A stretch of 64,000 nt of DNA from a virus: the IMG/VR virus record IMGVR_UViG_3300028840_003924, positions 1 to 64,000 of that record; one strand, 5' to 3'. Positions 52,912 through 62,132 of the stretch are shown here, in pieces. The translations under genes and the position numbers were made by a program. Each line of letters starts with the position of its first letter. Position 1 is the stretch's first letter. The notes under the pieces were generated by a model that was not told the origin of the DNA, did no database searches, and saw nothing but the letters and a program-made list of their open reading frames with translations.

Positions 52912-53148
52912 TCACGCCGACTTTATGTAGTGCGGCAGTTTCTTGAGCGCCATAATGTGGGAATCAAATTCATGGTATGGGCTGTTCGGGTACTCAAAGA
53001 CAGCTTCGTTGAAAGCTTCTTCGTCTTTGTCGAGTACGTCGAAATAGAATATCTTACCTTTACGTCCAACGACTGTAAAGCCATGCATTCGCAGATAGGC
53101 TGCTACCCCAAGGTCTTCAATGCTTTTTCGTACTGTATTTTCACTCAT
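52912..53148 (-). CDS. Small DUF5659-like protein
   Basis: DLGVAAYL...GF........FYF pattern. Confidence 0.6.
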   Translation of the reverse strand: MSENTVRKSIEDLGVAAYLRMHGFTVVGRKGKIFYFDVLDKDEEAFNEAVFEYPNSPYHEFDSHIMALKKLPHYIKSA

Positions 53149-53318
53149 TCAGTTTTCTCCTTCTTGGATCGTTTCTTCTTCTCGTTGGCCAATCGCTCAC
53201 TCTCCAACGATATCGCTTTTTGGTAGACTTTGTAGAACTCATAATCCATAGTAGAACGTGTCTCCCACAGTTTCTCTAGCTCCTTAGCTTCTGCTAACAA
53301 CTTTTCATTGAAGTTCAT
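53145..53318 (-). CDS. 57-aa mimic of the MCP N-terminus
   Basis: MNFNEKLLAEAKELEKLWETRSTMDYEFYKVYQKAISLESERLANEKKKRSKKEKTE*; ATGA overlaps at both ends; GAGG SD; absent from the ORF track. Confidence 0.85.
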   Translation of the reverse strand: MNFNEKLLAEAKELEKLWETRSTMDYEFYKVYQKAISLESERLANEKKKRSKKEKTE

Positions 53319-55615
53319 ATATCTCTACCTCTAGGCGGTATGTAGTTATCATCAGCTAGTTTCACCAAGTGCGCCCTGACATACGGAATCTGCATGTCCC
53401 GAAAATAGTCACCAGGGAAGTGGTTCACAAGTCTGTTACATTGGAACTTAACCGGCGTTCCAATGAATCGGGCGTAGTTCCTATTGGTATAGTACCAGAA
53501 GCTGTTACTGTTCCAGAACGAATTTCCGCTCCACAAGACCCGCCCATTACGTCGGGTCATTACCACATGGTGTTCTGGCACTGTGATACAATATACTTTA
53601 CCTTTGTAATCCACCACCTCTTTCTTACGAGGCAAGTAACTTTCTTTTGATTTCGACACGCAGACTAAGTATATGTCATGCTTAGCCCGATAATCGGGAT
53701 TACAAGATACGGACTTCCCCATTCTATCTTCTTTACCAACTGTGGCACGATAACCGCACTTAACTGCCACCTCCTGCACATCTTTTGCCAACTGGGAGGA
53801 TGTAGTTGCGTATGTAGATGACTTTGCACCATTCTTAGTGCCATCACCTAATATCAACGTGGTCAAAAGCCGTTCCAATAAACTAGGATGAAGCTGTTTG
53901 ATTGAAACAGGGATATACTTCTCCCATGACTTACCCAATTTGGATAACCACAAGGCCAGGAACTTGTCGTTGAAATACCACCCATTCTCTGTGCGGCATG
54001 GTTTATATCCCATCTCCCTCAATGTCCGCCCAATAAGATCAAACTTCTCCTTGTTAGCCTTTTCAGATTGATGGACTTGAATGCGATAGAAGTTATATCG
54101 GCCACCTTCTTCGATACTACTATTGATAGAAACGCAACCTTCCGAAATGTACCACCCTAAGAAGTCTACAAATGACCCTATAGGTAACCTCACGGTGTCA
54201 TTTGCAAAACCGCCCTGCGGATTAGAATGCAAAGTGAGCCGGGACCCTGGTATTTCAAAGTACTCGGGATAATCGCCATCAAATTGAGCATTTGATGGAA
54301 TCCGCAAAGGACTGGCATACGTCAACGTTTCTGAAGCATCCATTCTCCGGAATCGTGTTGTTTCATCCGAACTTCCAACGATCATCCCGTGATTAGGGGT
54401 TACCAAGGCATCAATATGACGCCCTTTGTAGTGAATCATATCGCCATCATAGTCGTAAGAGTGTACATGTTCGGCGGGAAGCTCAACCACCCGATCAGTT
54501 TCCGGGTCGAGCACATGGAATAATTCCGTGCCATCTAGGTCTTGAAAGCGAACAAAACCTTTAGTTGTAAAGACTTCTGTTTGCTCATCATGACAACAAT
54601 GCGTCGGGTCCTGAAAAGCACCACGACCATCTGTACTAGGCACATCAATCAAGAACCAACCATTGGGTGCGAGGCATCGCCACGCCTCCTTCATCGTATG
54701 GATTGGGTTCTTGAGATGCTCAACAGCATCTTTCGCACGGAAGACGCCCACACTATTGTTCTCGAATGGCCAAGCGTAATCGAGATCGGCCTTGATTGTC
54801 GCCCCGGCACAATATTTGTCTACACCGATATATCCCGGTGGGGCACTCTCGCCACAACACAAGTCCACCTTCTTAAGACCTTCATCGTCACACCACTTAG
54901 CCACCATGGGTTCGATATACTGATCGTGTAATTCACGGGTAACGTGCTGAATCTTCTTATTCTTATCACCGTAGCAAGTGTTATCACCTACATTGTAGTT
55001 GTATAGCGGAACTGGTACCCGCACGCACTTCCCATGAATGTATGTGCGACAAAGAAGTTCGTGGTCATCCGCTACGTCATAATTGGAATTATGACCGCCG
55101 ATCCTGTCATAGAAACTCTTACGCCACGCACGAACATGATTTGGCGCAAACCAGATGTAGGAGAAAGCTAAGGGGTCAGGATCAAATGCACGAGTCACAA
55201 CTTGACCGCCCTGCATGTTGTACTTCCATCCGAATTTCTCGGAGAAAGGTCGAACTGTCTTGCCATCCCTCCATTCAAACCAATCTGAATAAGCGAAGTC
55301 TACACTTGGGTCTTCAAAGGCTTGCGATAACGCTTCTAGGCAGTTCGATTGGAGCCAATCATCATGATCAAGTTCAACCAGGACATCACCCGTAGCGTAA
55401 CCACAGGCGACCTTCTTAAGTTCGCCAATAGAGTCTGTGTCTTTGTCAAGGACATGCACCTTGATCTTTCCGGTACCTTCAACATTCTCAGACTTACCTT
55501 TACCATTTACCAATACAACCCATTCCCAATCCAAATAGGTTTGAGCCAACATACTCTCACGAGCCTTAGCTAATTTCCAAGGCTCGTGAGTCGGTGTGAT
55601 AACAGAAAACTTCAT
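53315..55615 (-). CDS. GT2 glycosyltransferase + methyltransferase fusion, with intein
   Basis: SVITPTH, ELDHDD, DD.EL..RTY (GT2); DLCCG, A.D..EHL, W..L.P.G, VPS..G.GA.QDPTH (methyltransferase). Confidence 0.88.
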   Translation of the reverse strand: MKFSVITPTHEPWKLAKARESMLAQTYLDWEWVVLVNGKGKSENVEGTGKIKVHVLDKDTDSIGELKKVACGYATGDVLVELDHDDWLQSNCLEALSQAFEDPSVDFAYSDWFEWRDGKTVRPFSEKFGWKYNMQGGQVVTRAFDPDPLAFSYIWFAPNHVRAWRKSFYDRIGGHNSNYDVADDHELLCRTYIHGKCVRVPVPLYNYNVGDNTCYGDKNKKIQHVTRELHDQYIEPMVAKWCDDEGLKKVDLCCGESAPPGYIGVDKYCAGATIKADLDYAWPFENNSVGVFRAKDAVEHLKNPIHTMKEAWRCLAPNGWFLIDVPSTDGRGAFQDPTHCCHDEQTEVFTTKGFVRFQDLDGTELFHVLDPETDRVVELPAEHVHSYDYDGDMIHYKGRHIDALVTPNHGMIVGSSDETTRFRRMDASETLTYASPLRIPSNAQFDGDYPEYFEIPGSRLTLHSNPQGGFANDTVRLPIGSFVDFLGWYISEGCVSINSSIEEGGRYNFYRIQVHQSEKANKEKFDLIGRTLREMGYKPCRTENGWYFNDKFLALWLSKLGKSWEKYIPVSIKQLHPSLLERLLTTLILGDGTKNGAKSSTYATTSSQLAKDVQEVAVKCGYRATVGKEDRMGKSVSCNPDYRAKHDIYLVCVSKSKESYLPRKKEVVDYKGKVYCITVPEHHVVMTRRNGRVLWSGNSFWNSNSFWYYTNRNYARFIGTPVKFQCNRLVNHFPGDYFRDMQIPYVRAHLVKLADDNYIPPRGRDI
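53522..54595 (-). mobile_element. Intein (358 aa) with LAGLIDADG homing endonuclease
   Basis: DPTHC|CHDEQTEV ... VTPNH ... FLGWYISEG ... LILGDG ... VYCITVP ... WSGN|S. Confidence 0.93.
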
Positions 55616-56290
55616 TCATTTACTCCGAAGATGGCATCGCTGCCACCATTTCTTTGGTTTCTTCTTTTCTTCTTCTAGCTGCTTTGCCAGTTCATCACTG
55701 GTCATAAAGCCGCACAGGACTTGGGAATCTGGTGTAACCCACTTGGCTACCGACTTCCTCCATCGCTGCCTTTCCTCTTCTCTGAGTTGTTCTGGCGTTT
55801 TCTCCTTCTCTTGAAAGAGTTTCTTGAACCAAGACCGCCACCTTTTCCATAGCTTTTTCTTGGGTTTTTGCTTTTCGGGCTTAGGTGGTGGTGGCCCAAC
55901 ACTCTTCAAGCCAGCCGTCCCGTACCTCTTGTACTGACTGTCAGCAAAGTGGTGTAGCTTGCTCTTCCGCTCCCGCTCGTAAGTCATAATGCCCTCTCGG
56001 ACGGGCCTTACGTGAAGCTTTCCACCATCGTCTTCCAAATCGTGCATGATTCTCGAAAGCAGTGGGTCCTTCATTGGTTTTTGTACTGGCAAACTTACCT
56101 GCACGTCCTTAATCTTGCGGGTCTTGCTGACGCTGATATCCAACCGAGGTTCAATATTTGGTACGCCATGCGTCCGCATCAGGTACCGTCGCATACGATT
56201 CTTCATGTGGGCCACGAGGGGAGTCGTAGCGATTTGGTCCTTGTACATCTTTGCAATTCGATTCAATCCGTTAATCATGTTAGAGTTCAT
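55616..56290 (-). CDS. Hypothetical basic protein
   Basis: 224-aa Lys/Arg/Trp-rich ORF; AAGGAG SD. Confidence 0.6.
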   Translation of the reverse strand: MNSNMINGLNRIAKMYKDQIATTPLVAHMKNRMRRYLMRTHGVPNIEPRLDISVSKTRKIKDVQVSLPVQKPMKDPLLSRIMHDLEDDGGKLHVRPVREGIMTYERERKSKLHHFADSQYKRYGTAGLKSVGPPPPKPEKQKPKKKLWKRWRSWFKKLFQEKEKTPEQLREEERQRWRKSVAKWVTPDSQVLCGFMTSDELAKQLEEEKKKPKKWWQRCHLRSK

Positions 56291-56300
56291 CTCTATCTCC

Positions 56301-57317
56301 TTATGGGGCTTCCGGGCCCTCAGCCGCTTCGGCTGCCACTAAGCAGCCTCTCACTACGGCGTAGAGATGATCACTTGGCCGTTTGATATCGCCAATCTCA
56401 CACGGAAAGCCAATCTCTTTGACCGTCTTCCGAACAAGCTTGTCGAAACCGGGTGGCGATGCGCAACCGCCTGCAAGGATTATGTCGATAGGATCATCAG
56501 TAGGAATCTTATCAGAGGTCTTTTCCAAACCCTGCTTGATACCTTTCATGGTCTTGCGGATCATGATCTGGTATTGTGTGATGATTGCTCGCTCGATCTC
56601 GTTCTTGGGTTGGGCAAGGAGGTCGATCTTCATCTTCTCCTTGTTAATCCGTGTCTCCGAAACAGCAGCAGCTTTTGCCGCTTGGCGATCAATCCAGTCA
56701 CCGCTGTTTACCAGGGAGAACTGAAAGACTGGGACTGCGTGATTAGCGAAGCAGAGATTGACCATCCCGGCACCAAAGCTAATCCCAATTCCGGTGAGGT
56801 CCTTGTGTTCGAGTTCCGCATAGACAAGTGCGAGACCCTCATTGATTGGATATGGGACGACTTTCTTGTTGTTGTATTCGTACTTCTCGAATATCTGCCT
56901 GAGAACCTCTCGGTGGTAATCGATGTCTGTCTCTTCGTTCAGAGCGTTTGCCGGAACGCTGTAACAGAGCACCTCCTCGTCACGCTCGATCTCACCGATA
57001 AGGCTGTGGATCATCGTAGCGAGGATATCGTAACCTTTCTTTTCTCTGGCATTTACACAACCCTCTTTCATGGGTCGTCGTAACTCTTTGTTACCCATTG
57101 TTTGGGCAATGCTCACAGCATTCTTTCCCACGGCATAAGCAACCCTATCACGCTCAATCAAAGCGACTTTCGCCCTCTTCATCATGTTGAATGTAAAGCG
57201 ATCTTCCAGAGGTATCTCGAAAAATGCATTCACTTCACCCACGATTTCAGGCTTATCATCTTTGCCCTTCTTAGCGCAAAACAAGTTGTATGTTCCGCAA
57301 TCAAAACCTAATGGCAT
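56301..57317 (-). CDS. Actin-like ATPase (MreB/ParM-like)
   Basis: GFDCGT (phosphate 1), NEGLA (connect 1), ISFGAG (phosphate 2), ILAGG (adenosine), AV.RG (connect 2). Confidence 0.85.
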   Translation of the reverse strand: MPLGFDCGTYNLFCAKKGKDDKPEIVGEVNAFFEIPLEDRFTFNMMKRAKVALIERDRVAYAVGKNAVSIAQTMGNKELRRPMKEGCVNAREKKGYDILATMIHSLIGEIERDEEVLCYSVPANALNEETDIDYHREVLRQIFEKYEYNNKKVVPYPINEGLALVYAELEHKDLTGIGISFGAGMVNLCFANHAVPVFQFSLVNSGDWIDRQAAKAAAVSETRINKEKMKIDLLAQPKNEIERAIITQYQIMIRKTMKGIKQGLEKTSDKIPTDDPIDIILAGGCASPPGFDKLVRKTVKEIGFPCEIGDIKRPSDHLYAVVRGCLVAAEAAEGPEAP

Positions 57318-57583
57318 CAGTCCTCCACTTTCTTTCCAAACTGTATTATCCCGTCAGGGTTAATGTCGGGAACGATGAGATCAACATCGTCATCGTCATC
57401 CTTAGTTAAGTACTCTTTCATGAGTTTCTTACTATGGGCGGGGCCAGCCTCTGTTGAAACTGATAGGCCCTCGCCATCCAACTTAATCGTCAGTATCAGA
57501 TTGACAGTGATTTCGCCCCCAGTTTGAACAACATGGGTTACTGTCTTCTCTGTTCCACTTCTACCCGACATGAGTACCCTCAC
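57317..57583 (-). CDS. Hypothetical small acidic protein
   Basis: Stop overlaps the start of the actin-like gene (TGATG). Confidence 0.6.
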   Translation of the reverse strand: MRVLMSGRSGTEKTVTHVVQTGGEITVNLILTIKLDGEGLSVSTEAGPAHSKKLMKEYLTKDDDDDVDLIVPDINPDGIIQFGKKVED

Positions 57584-58538
57584 ACGGCCAAATTCTCATC
57601 ATTCTTTCTACCGCCTCAATAACTTCTTGAGGGGTTATTTCCGTAATGCACGGCTTTCTAGGGCCGTCAATCTTCCTAGGACACTTGTGCCACAAGTAAC
57701 ACGGTCCACAGTCCCAATCTCCATCGTCACGGTGCCGTTGTATGAGAATGAACTTCTCAAACCAGCGACCGTAAACCTTGCCGTCAGCCCACGAGAAAAT
57801 CGCTACCATCGGCTTCTTGAGACCGCCTGCCGCATGAAATGTGGCGGTGTCAACCGTCACTATATAGTCTGCTGCGTTAATAAATCCGAGGAAGTCAATA
57901 ACACTCTCCGCAGAAATTGTGGGAGCATCCACACCTTTCAACTCAGACTTATGTAAACATGCCACCGAACATCCTATCTTCCGCAACCCGGCAATGATCT
58001 CATTCGACTGCTTTTCATCCAGGTCTTTGCTAGGAATCGCCGATACGGGCGACAGTAGAACAATAGGTCCGCCCCCCAACGTCTCAAGATAGGCCCTACA
58101 AGCTCCCGTGACGCCCTCTGGGACGCTCAAATGCATATCATGGTATTCCAGGTCTATTCCACACCGATGAGCCCAGATGTCGCTCCTATGCTTATCTGCT
58201 AATGGTGCTACACGCCTCTCATGCTTCCCGCACGCCGTGCTCACGTTGTAACTAAGCATAAACTCGGACAATTCCACATATCTGGCGTCAATCACCTCAT
58301 CAATGTAAGGGTGATCTCTCACGGCATCGTGGTACTGAAGCGGACAAGCTAACACGATATAAGCGTCAGGCATGATCCGTTTGAAGTCCTCAAACATCAT
58401 CCGGAGCATGAGAATGTCGCCCAAACCACCAGTATCTCTAATCACCAGCACCCTATTTCGCTTGGCGTAGAACTCCTTTAGAGAGATATCTCTCGGTTTT
58501 AGGACCTCTGCAACCTTCAAACTCTGGATTCCCGACAT
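57561..58538 (-). CDS. GT9 (heptosyltransferase-like) glycosyltransferase
   Basis: GGLGDIL, P.IDEV, VTVDT..FH.A..L.KP.VAIF, C.PC...C...PC...I. Confidence 0.88.
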   Translation of the reverse strand: MSGIQSLKVAEVLKPRDISLKEFYAKRNRVLVIRDTGGLGDILMLRMMFEDFKRIMPDAYIVLACPLQYHDAVRDHPYIDEVIDARYVELSEFMLSYNVSTACGKHERRVAPLADKHRSDIWAHRCGIDLEYHDMHLSVPEGVTGACRAYLETLGGGPIVLLSPVSAIPSKDLDEKQSNEIIAGLRKIGCSVACLHKSELKGVDAPTISAESVIDFLGFINAADYIVTVDTATFHAAGGLKKPMVAIFSWADGKVYGRWFEKFILIQRHRDDGDWDCGPCYLWHKCPRKIDGPRKPCITEITPQEVIEAVERMMRIWPCEGTHVG

Positions 58539-58631
58539 GCTTAATTCGCCAATCTCTCATTTCTATTAAAGTTTCCACCTCTCCGATTCCGATACAAGGA
58601 ATAGGGGACAACAGAGAAAAAGGAGCAGTTT

Positions 58632-59018
58632 ATGGCAAAAGCAGAGATTGTATTCGTTGCCTCGCCATTGCGAGCCGATATACCCGACGTTTCAGAAGAG
58701 GTGATGGCCGAGAATCAGGCTTTCGCACGAGACTTTTGCAGAAAACTATGGAAGAAGACTGGCGAGATACCAATCGCTCCACACCTCTATTTCCCGCAAT
58801 TTTATGACGACAGAATTGACGATGAGCGTGAGGCCGGAATTATCGGTGGCCAAGCGATGCTTACTCACATTTGCAAGAAGTTATACGTAGTTGGACCTCT
58901 TATCTCGGAGGGCATGCAATATGAGATTGACCTTGCCCAGAAACTAGAAATCCCGATAATCTATGTGGAGAGCCCCGATGAGTTTTTTACAGAAAAAAAC
59001 GGGGTCGGTTCTGAATGA
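58632..59018 (+). CDS. Nucleoside deoxyribosyltransferase-like (DUF4406/DUF7768-like) protein
   Basis: FVASPL, P.APHL.FPQF..D....ER..G, ISEGM..EI..A....IPI. Confidence 0.75.
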   Translation: MAKAEIVFVASPLRADIPDVSEEVMAENQAFARDFCRKLWKKTGEIPIAPHLYFPQFYDDRIDDEREAGIIGGQAMLTHICKKLYVVGPLISEGMQYEIDLAQKLEIPIIYVESPDEFFTEKNGVGSE

Positions 59019-59019
59019 G

Positions 59020-59316
59020 GTGTACTTCCTGATATGCTTCCTCATAATCTTTGGAGTCGCCGCTCGTGACGTTTACTGGTCGGTTGCACTGCAAGAACAC
59101 CTGTATAACAATGAACTGAATCCGGTTGGCCGATGGCTGATTCAAATGGACAACGGCAGCGTGGCCCTTTTCATGTCGCTAAAAGCGTTTGGGATGTCAT
59201 GCGCAGCATCGCTGTTGACATATTTGCACCTATCGACTTGGCGTCTTACGAACATCGTCCTGACCATCATTGCAATAATTCAAATCTGTCTGCTCTGCTT
59301 CCTCGAACTGGGGTAG
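59020..59316 (+). CDS. Membrane protein (DUF5658-like)
   Basis: Hydrophobic helices with D......ELNP.....K motif. Confidence 0.6.
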   Translation: MYFLICFLIIFGVAARDVYWSVALQEHLYNNELNPVGRWLIQMDNGSVALFMSLKAFGMSCAASLLTYLHLSTWRLTNIVLTIIAIIQICLLCFLELG

Positions 59317-59909
59317 AGCGAAAATACTGTCCTGGTTGTTACCGATTCAAAGATATCGGTGACTTCTTTTCTCCGCTAACCACGGCAGAATGGAGCCATT
59401 GTATAGCTTGTCGTAACCGGGGAAAAGGCGGTGAACTTACTTTTGATAAGACAAAGCTCCCCTCAGCCGACAAGAAAATCATCGTGGTACGGAAGACTAG
59501 AAAGAAAAAAGGACCTTCCTTCTCCGAAGTTGACATCGAAGATGATTTGCGAGTTGACCCGAAAGCCACACACGAAGACCCGTTACTAGATGGCGAAAAG
59601 ATTGTGACATGGGAACGCCTCAGCCGCACAAAGAGAACCACCAAAACACTGAAAAACGTCCGTAAGAAAAGGCGTCGTCGACGCAAAAACAAGAACCCGC
59701 CCTGGCGCTATAGCCGTGATCCAGCATCTCGTTACGAAGAACTATTAAGGCTGGAATATGAAAACCTCTGGCGTCAAGGGCGAGACGAGTGCATCCCCCT
59801 CCCCCTCGTAGATCAACGAAGCTGGATGGCCTTCTGGGTAACACATAGCCAAACAGATGTTGCTAAGAAAAACTTGGCTAAAGAAAGAGAACGCCGGGCC
59901 AGCCGCTAA
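59133..59909 (+). CDS. Hypothetical basic protein with Zn ribbon (start uncertain)
   Basis: CPGC...CIAC; Lys/Arg-rich; the true start probably lies downstream of the overlap. Confidence 0.45.
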   Translation: MADSNGQRQRGPFHVAKSVWDVMRSIAVDIFAPIDLASYEHRPDHHCNNSNLSALLPRTGVERKYCPGCYRFKDIGDFFSPLTTAEWSHCIACRNRGKGGELTFDKTKLPSADKKIIVVRKTRKKKGPSFSEVDIEDDLRVDPKATHEDPLLDGEKIVTWERLSRTKRTTKTLKNVRKKRRRRRKNKNPPWRYSRDPASRYEELLRLEYENLWRQGRDECIPLPLVDQRSWMAFWVTHSQTDVAKKNLAKERERRASR

Positions 59910-59916
59910 ACAACAC

Positions 59917-59944
59917 CACCCCCGGCGTGCGCACGCCGGGGGTG
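59917..59944. repeat. Perfect 28-bp palindrome between convergent genes
   Basis: CACCCCCGGCGTGC|GCACGCCGGGGGTG. Confidence 0.9.
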
Positions 59945-59975
59945 ACATTCAACCTTAGAAAAGGAGGAAAGGTGT

Positions 59976-60566
59976 TTAGTCCTCGGACTGAATCTGGATC
60001 GCAAACAGAACCTGAATAGTCGCATCAACCGCACCACTTTCGTTGTTGCAGAACGCAAGTGATGTGATCGGAAGATCGCTATTGTCAAAGGTCTGTGAAC
60101 CTGCGGCTATGTCGAGGTCAGCTTGGCTGTCGCCATTGAGTCGAACCTTGACATCCTGGTCAGTTACGATTTGCGTGAACAATGCCACTCCACCGTAGTC
60201 ACCAAGAACGTCAATCTGGTTGGCTTCAACAGCCCAACATGTGCCAGCGGCAACGACGAGGTCAACAACTCGTGGAAACTTGTTGACTGCCGGATTCGTG
60301 TCACTCCACGGTGAGCCGTCATCACTCACAATGTGAATGAAGGCAGTCTCATCATCGGCCCAACTTCCACCCTCAGAAACTGGTGCATAGCGCTTCCAAT
60401 AGTTGGTGCTATCGAACTCTTCGCCATCATACAGCTTACGGAAAGTGAGATTCGGACCCGTGACCCACATTGTCTTCTGGATAGACTCACCACTTACGGT
60501 TGCCGTATCCTCAACAATGCCAGCGCCTCGGTTACTGGGGACCAGTCGTACTTGAAATGTACTCAT
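59976..60566 (-). CDS. Putative virion structural protein
   Basis: Acidic beta-rich 196-aa ORF; AGGAG SD; ATAAATAA upstream. Confidence 0.6.
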   Translation of the reverse strand: MSTFQVRLVPSNRGAGIVEDTATVSGESIQKTMWVTGPNLTFRKLYDGEEFDSTNYWKRYAPVSEGGSWADDETAFIHIVSDDGSPWSDTNPAVNKFPRVVDLVVAAGTCWAVEANQIDVLGDYGGVALFTQIVTDQDVKVRLNGDSQADLDIAAGSQTFDNSDLPITSLAFCNNESGAVDATIQVLFAIQIQSED

Positions 60567-60646
60567 TGGTATCTCCTGTTAATCTTATTTGAACGTGTGA
60601 TGTCCCTAAGTCTTCATCCTTATTTATCCCGCAAGGACTGTTTTTG

Positions 60647-61270
60647 CTATATTCTCAGGATTTCACCCTTGGGAAAGAGGCCCTCATACAGCTTGGTCCC
60701 GACACCAGTCGGGACCAAGCTGGTGCGTTTCCCCTGCACCGCAGCCTCAAACAAAGAGATGTTCTCGACCCCTATCACCCACCCAGCTTGCTTTGTTGTA
60801 TTGTGATCCGTGGTAACTCGCACATGGTATCCTTGAAACTGGGCCATTTCTGTGCATGCCTCGATCTGCTGGGCTGTCATTCGCTTAGTAGGAAGCGAGC
60901 CCTCGGGATTGATGTAACATAAGCGGCAATCGGTTGTAACATGATTACATAAGGTGGGAATTGGTAAGTCGGATTCCGTGAAGAGTTCATAGATGGGATG
61001 TGGGCCCTTCATCTTCCCCCGAATCTCTCGAATGTATCCAAACTCAGCATGTCGTTTCTTTAACACCGATCTCGAAAGAGTTTTGCGATCTCCATCGAGT
61101 AAATACATGAAGTCATCTCGACAGGCGAGATGAATATCTAAGTCTGGAAACTGTTGCGTAAGAACAGGCCGCACGAGCTTCAAGAGGAAGACATACTCTT
61201 CACAATGGCCCGCATACATAATGCAATAGCGATCCTTAATCTTGGCGTAATAGGGAAGTGAAATACTCAT
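60647..61270 (-). CDS. Degenerate GT9-like protein
   Basis: FPD..I.LAC..., P.G....K..., VIGVE...FEAA..GK.T echoes the GT-B/GT9 layout. Confidence 0.45.
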   Translation of the reverse strand: MSISLPYYAKIKDRYCIMYAGHCEEYVFLLKLVRPVLTQQFPDLDIHLACRDDFMYLLDGDRKTLSRSVLKKRHAEFGYIREIRGKMKGPHPIYELFTESDLPIPTLCNHVTTDCRLCYINPEGSLPTKRMTAQQIEACTEMAQFQGYHVRVTTDHNTTKQAGWVIGVENISLFEAAVQGKRTSLVPTGVGTKLYEGLFPKGEILRI

Positions 61271-61412
61271 ATAGTAAGGTAGTATGACATGAAGCTATCA
61301 CAGCAAAAGGAAACTGAAGAGGTCCACGCAGCATTCAAAGTTTTCTTAGATCAGCTAGGACCAAATAGTGTCTACAAAGAGGCGCTTCTTGACGTGCTAT
61401 TGGAGATAATCT

Positions 61413-61793
61413 ATGAAAAAGAACCAGGAGACAATCTTCATTTATCTGGTGAAGAGGAACAAAAAGGGGCTAAGACTCCTCTGCAAGGCGGGACGAGGGA
61501 AGTGTCTCCCAACAAGACTTGAGGATGTTGACAGGCTTCAAATAAGTTACGATATCACAGCTAAGCTCAAAAGTTCCATCCATAACAATCGCATCGATTG
61601 GGAACCTTGGATCGAGAGTGCTAACTCATTCGCAGAATTAGCGAGTAAGCTGAAAAAGCGGGGTTACACACGTTTGCCTATGGCCGATAAATGCGAAATA
61701 TCATCGCCTAAGCAACCGGTTTCAGAAGCCGCAATTCGATTGCTACCCAATCAAACCACTATGGTTAGAAGGCGAAGCCGACAATCAAGATGA
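61413..61793 (+). CDS. Hypothetical protein
   Basis: GGAG SD; 126-aa ORF. Confidence 0.6.
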   Translation: MKKNQETIFIYLVKRNKKGLRLLCKAGRGKCLPTRLEDVDRLQISYDITAKLKSSIHNNRIDWEPWIESANSFAELASKLKKRGYTRLPMADKCEISSPKQPVSEAAIRLLPNQTTMVRRRSRQSR

Positions 61794-62132
61794 TGGCTTC
61801 GTGTAAATCTTAGGAAGAGCAAAAGTCGCCCCCGACCTTAACTCAATAATCAGAGCAAGGTCTGCCACATCTTTCACTAGGCCACCACGCTCTTTGAAGA
61901 CACGAGCACGTTTCTCGACTATGTCTGGGGTCAACTCGGGATTGTGAGATGTGATTTGGCTTTGCAGTCGTACTAAACCTAGTCGAGACTCGACCATGTT
62001 ACCAATAAGGTCAGACAGGACGTTGCTTTTCTTCGCATCGTCAAATGAACAGCTAAATTCGGGTTGTTTGGCCAACCAAGATTTGAACTCGAAAATCGAA
62101 AAACTAGGGTCCTTGCTAGGTCTGTTCATCAA
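61785..62132 (-). CDS. Hypothetical protein
   Basis: 115-aa ORF; EFKSWL near the N-terminus; CTATATAG upstream. Confidence 0.55.
   Translation of the reverse strand: MMNRPSKDPSFSIFEFKSWLAKQPEFSCSFDDAKKSNVLSDLIGNMVESRLGLVRLQSQITSHNPELTPDIVEKRARVFKERGGLVKDVADLALIIELRSGATFALPKIYTKPSS

Noticed and set aside
61289-61522. 77-aa plus-strand ORF
   Set aside because: It overlaps 61413..61793 by 110 nt and has no recognisable motif; it may be real but cannot be supported from sequence alone.
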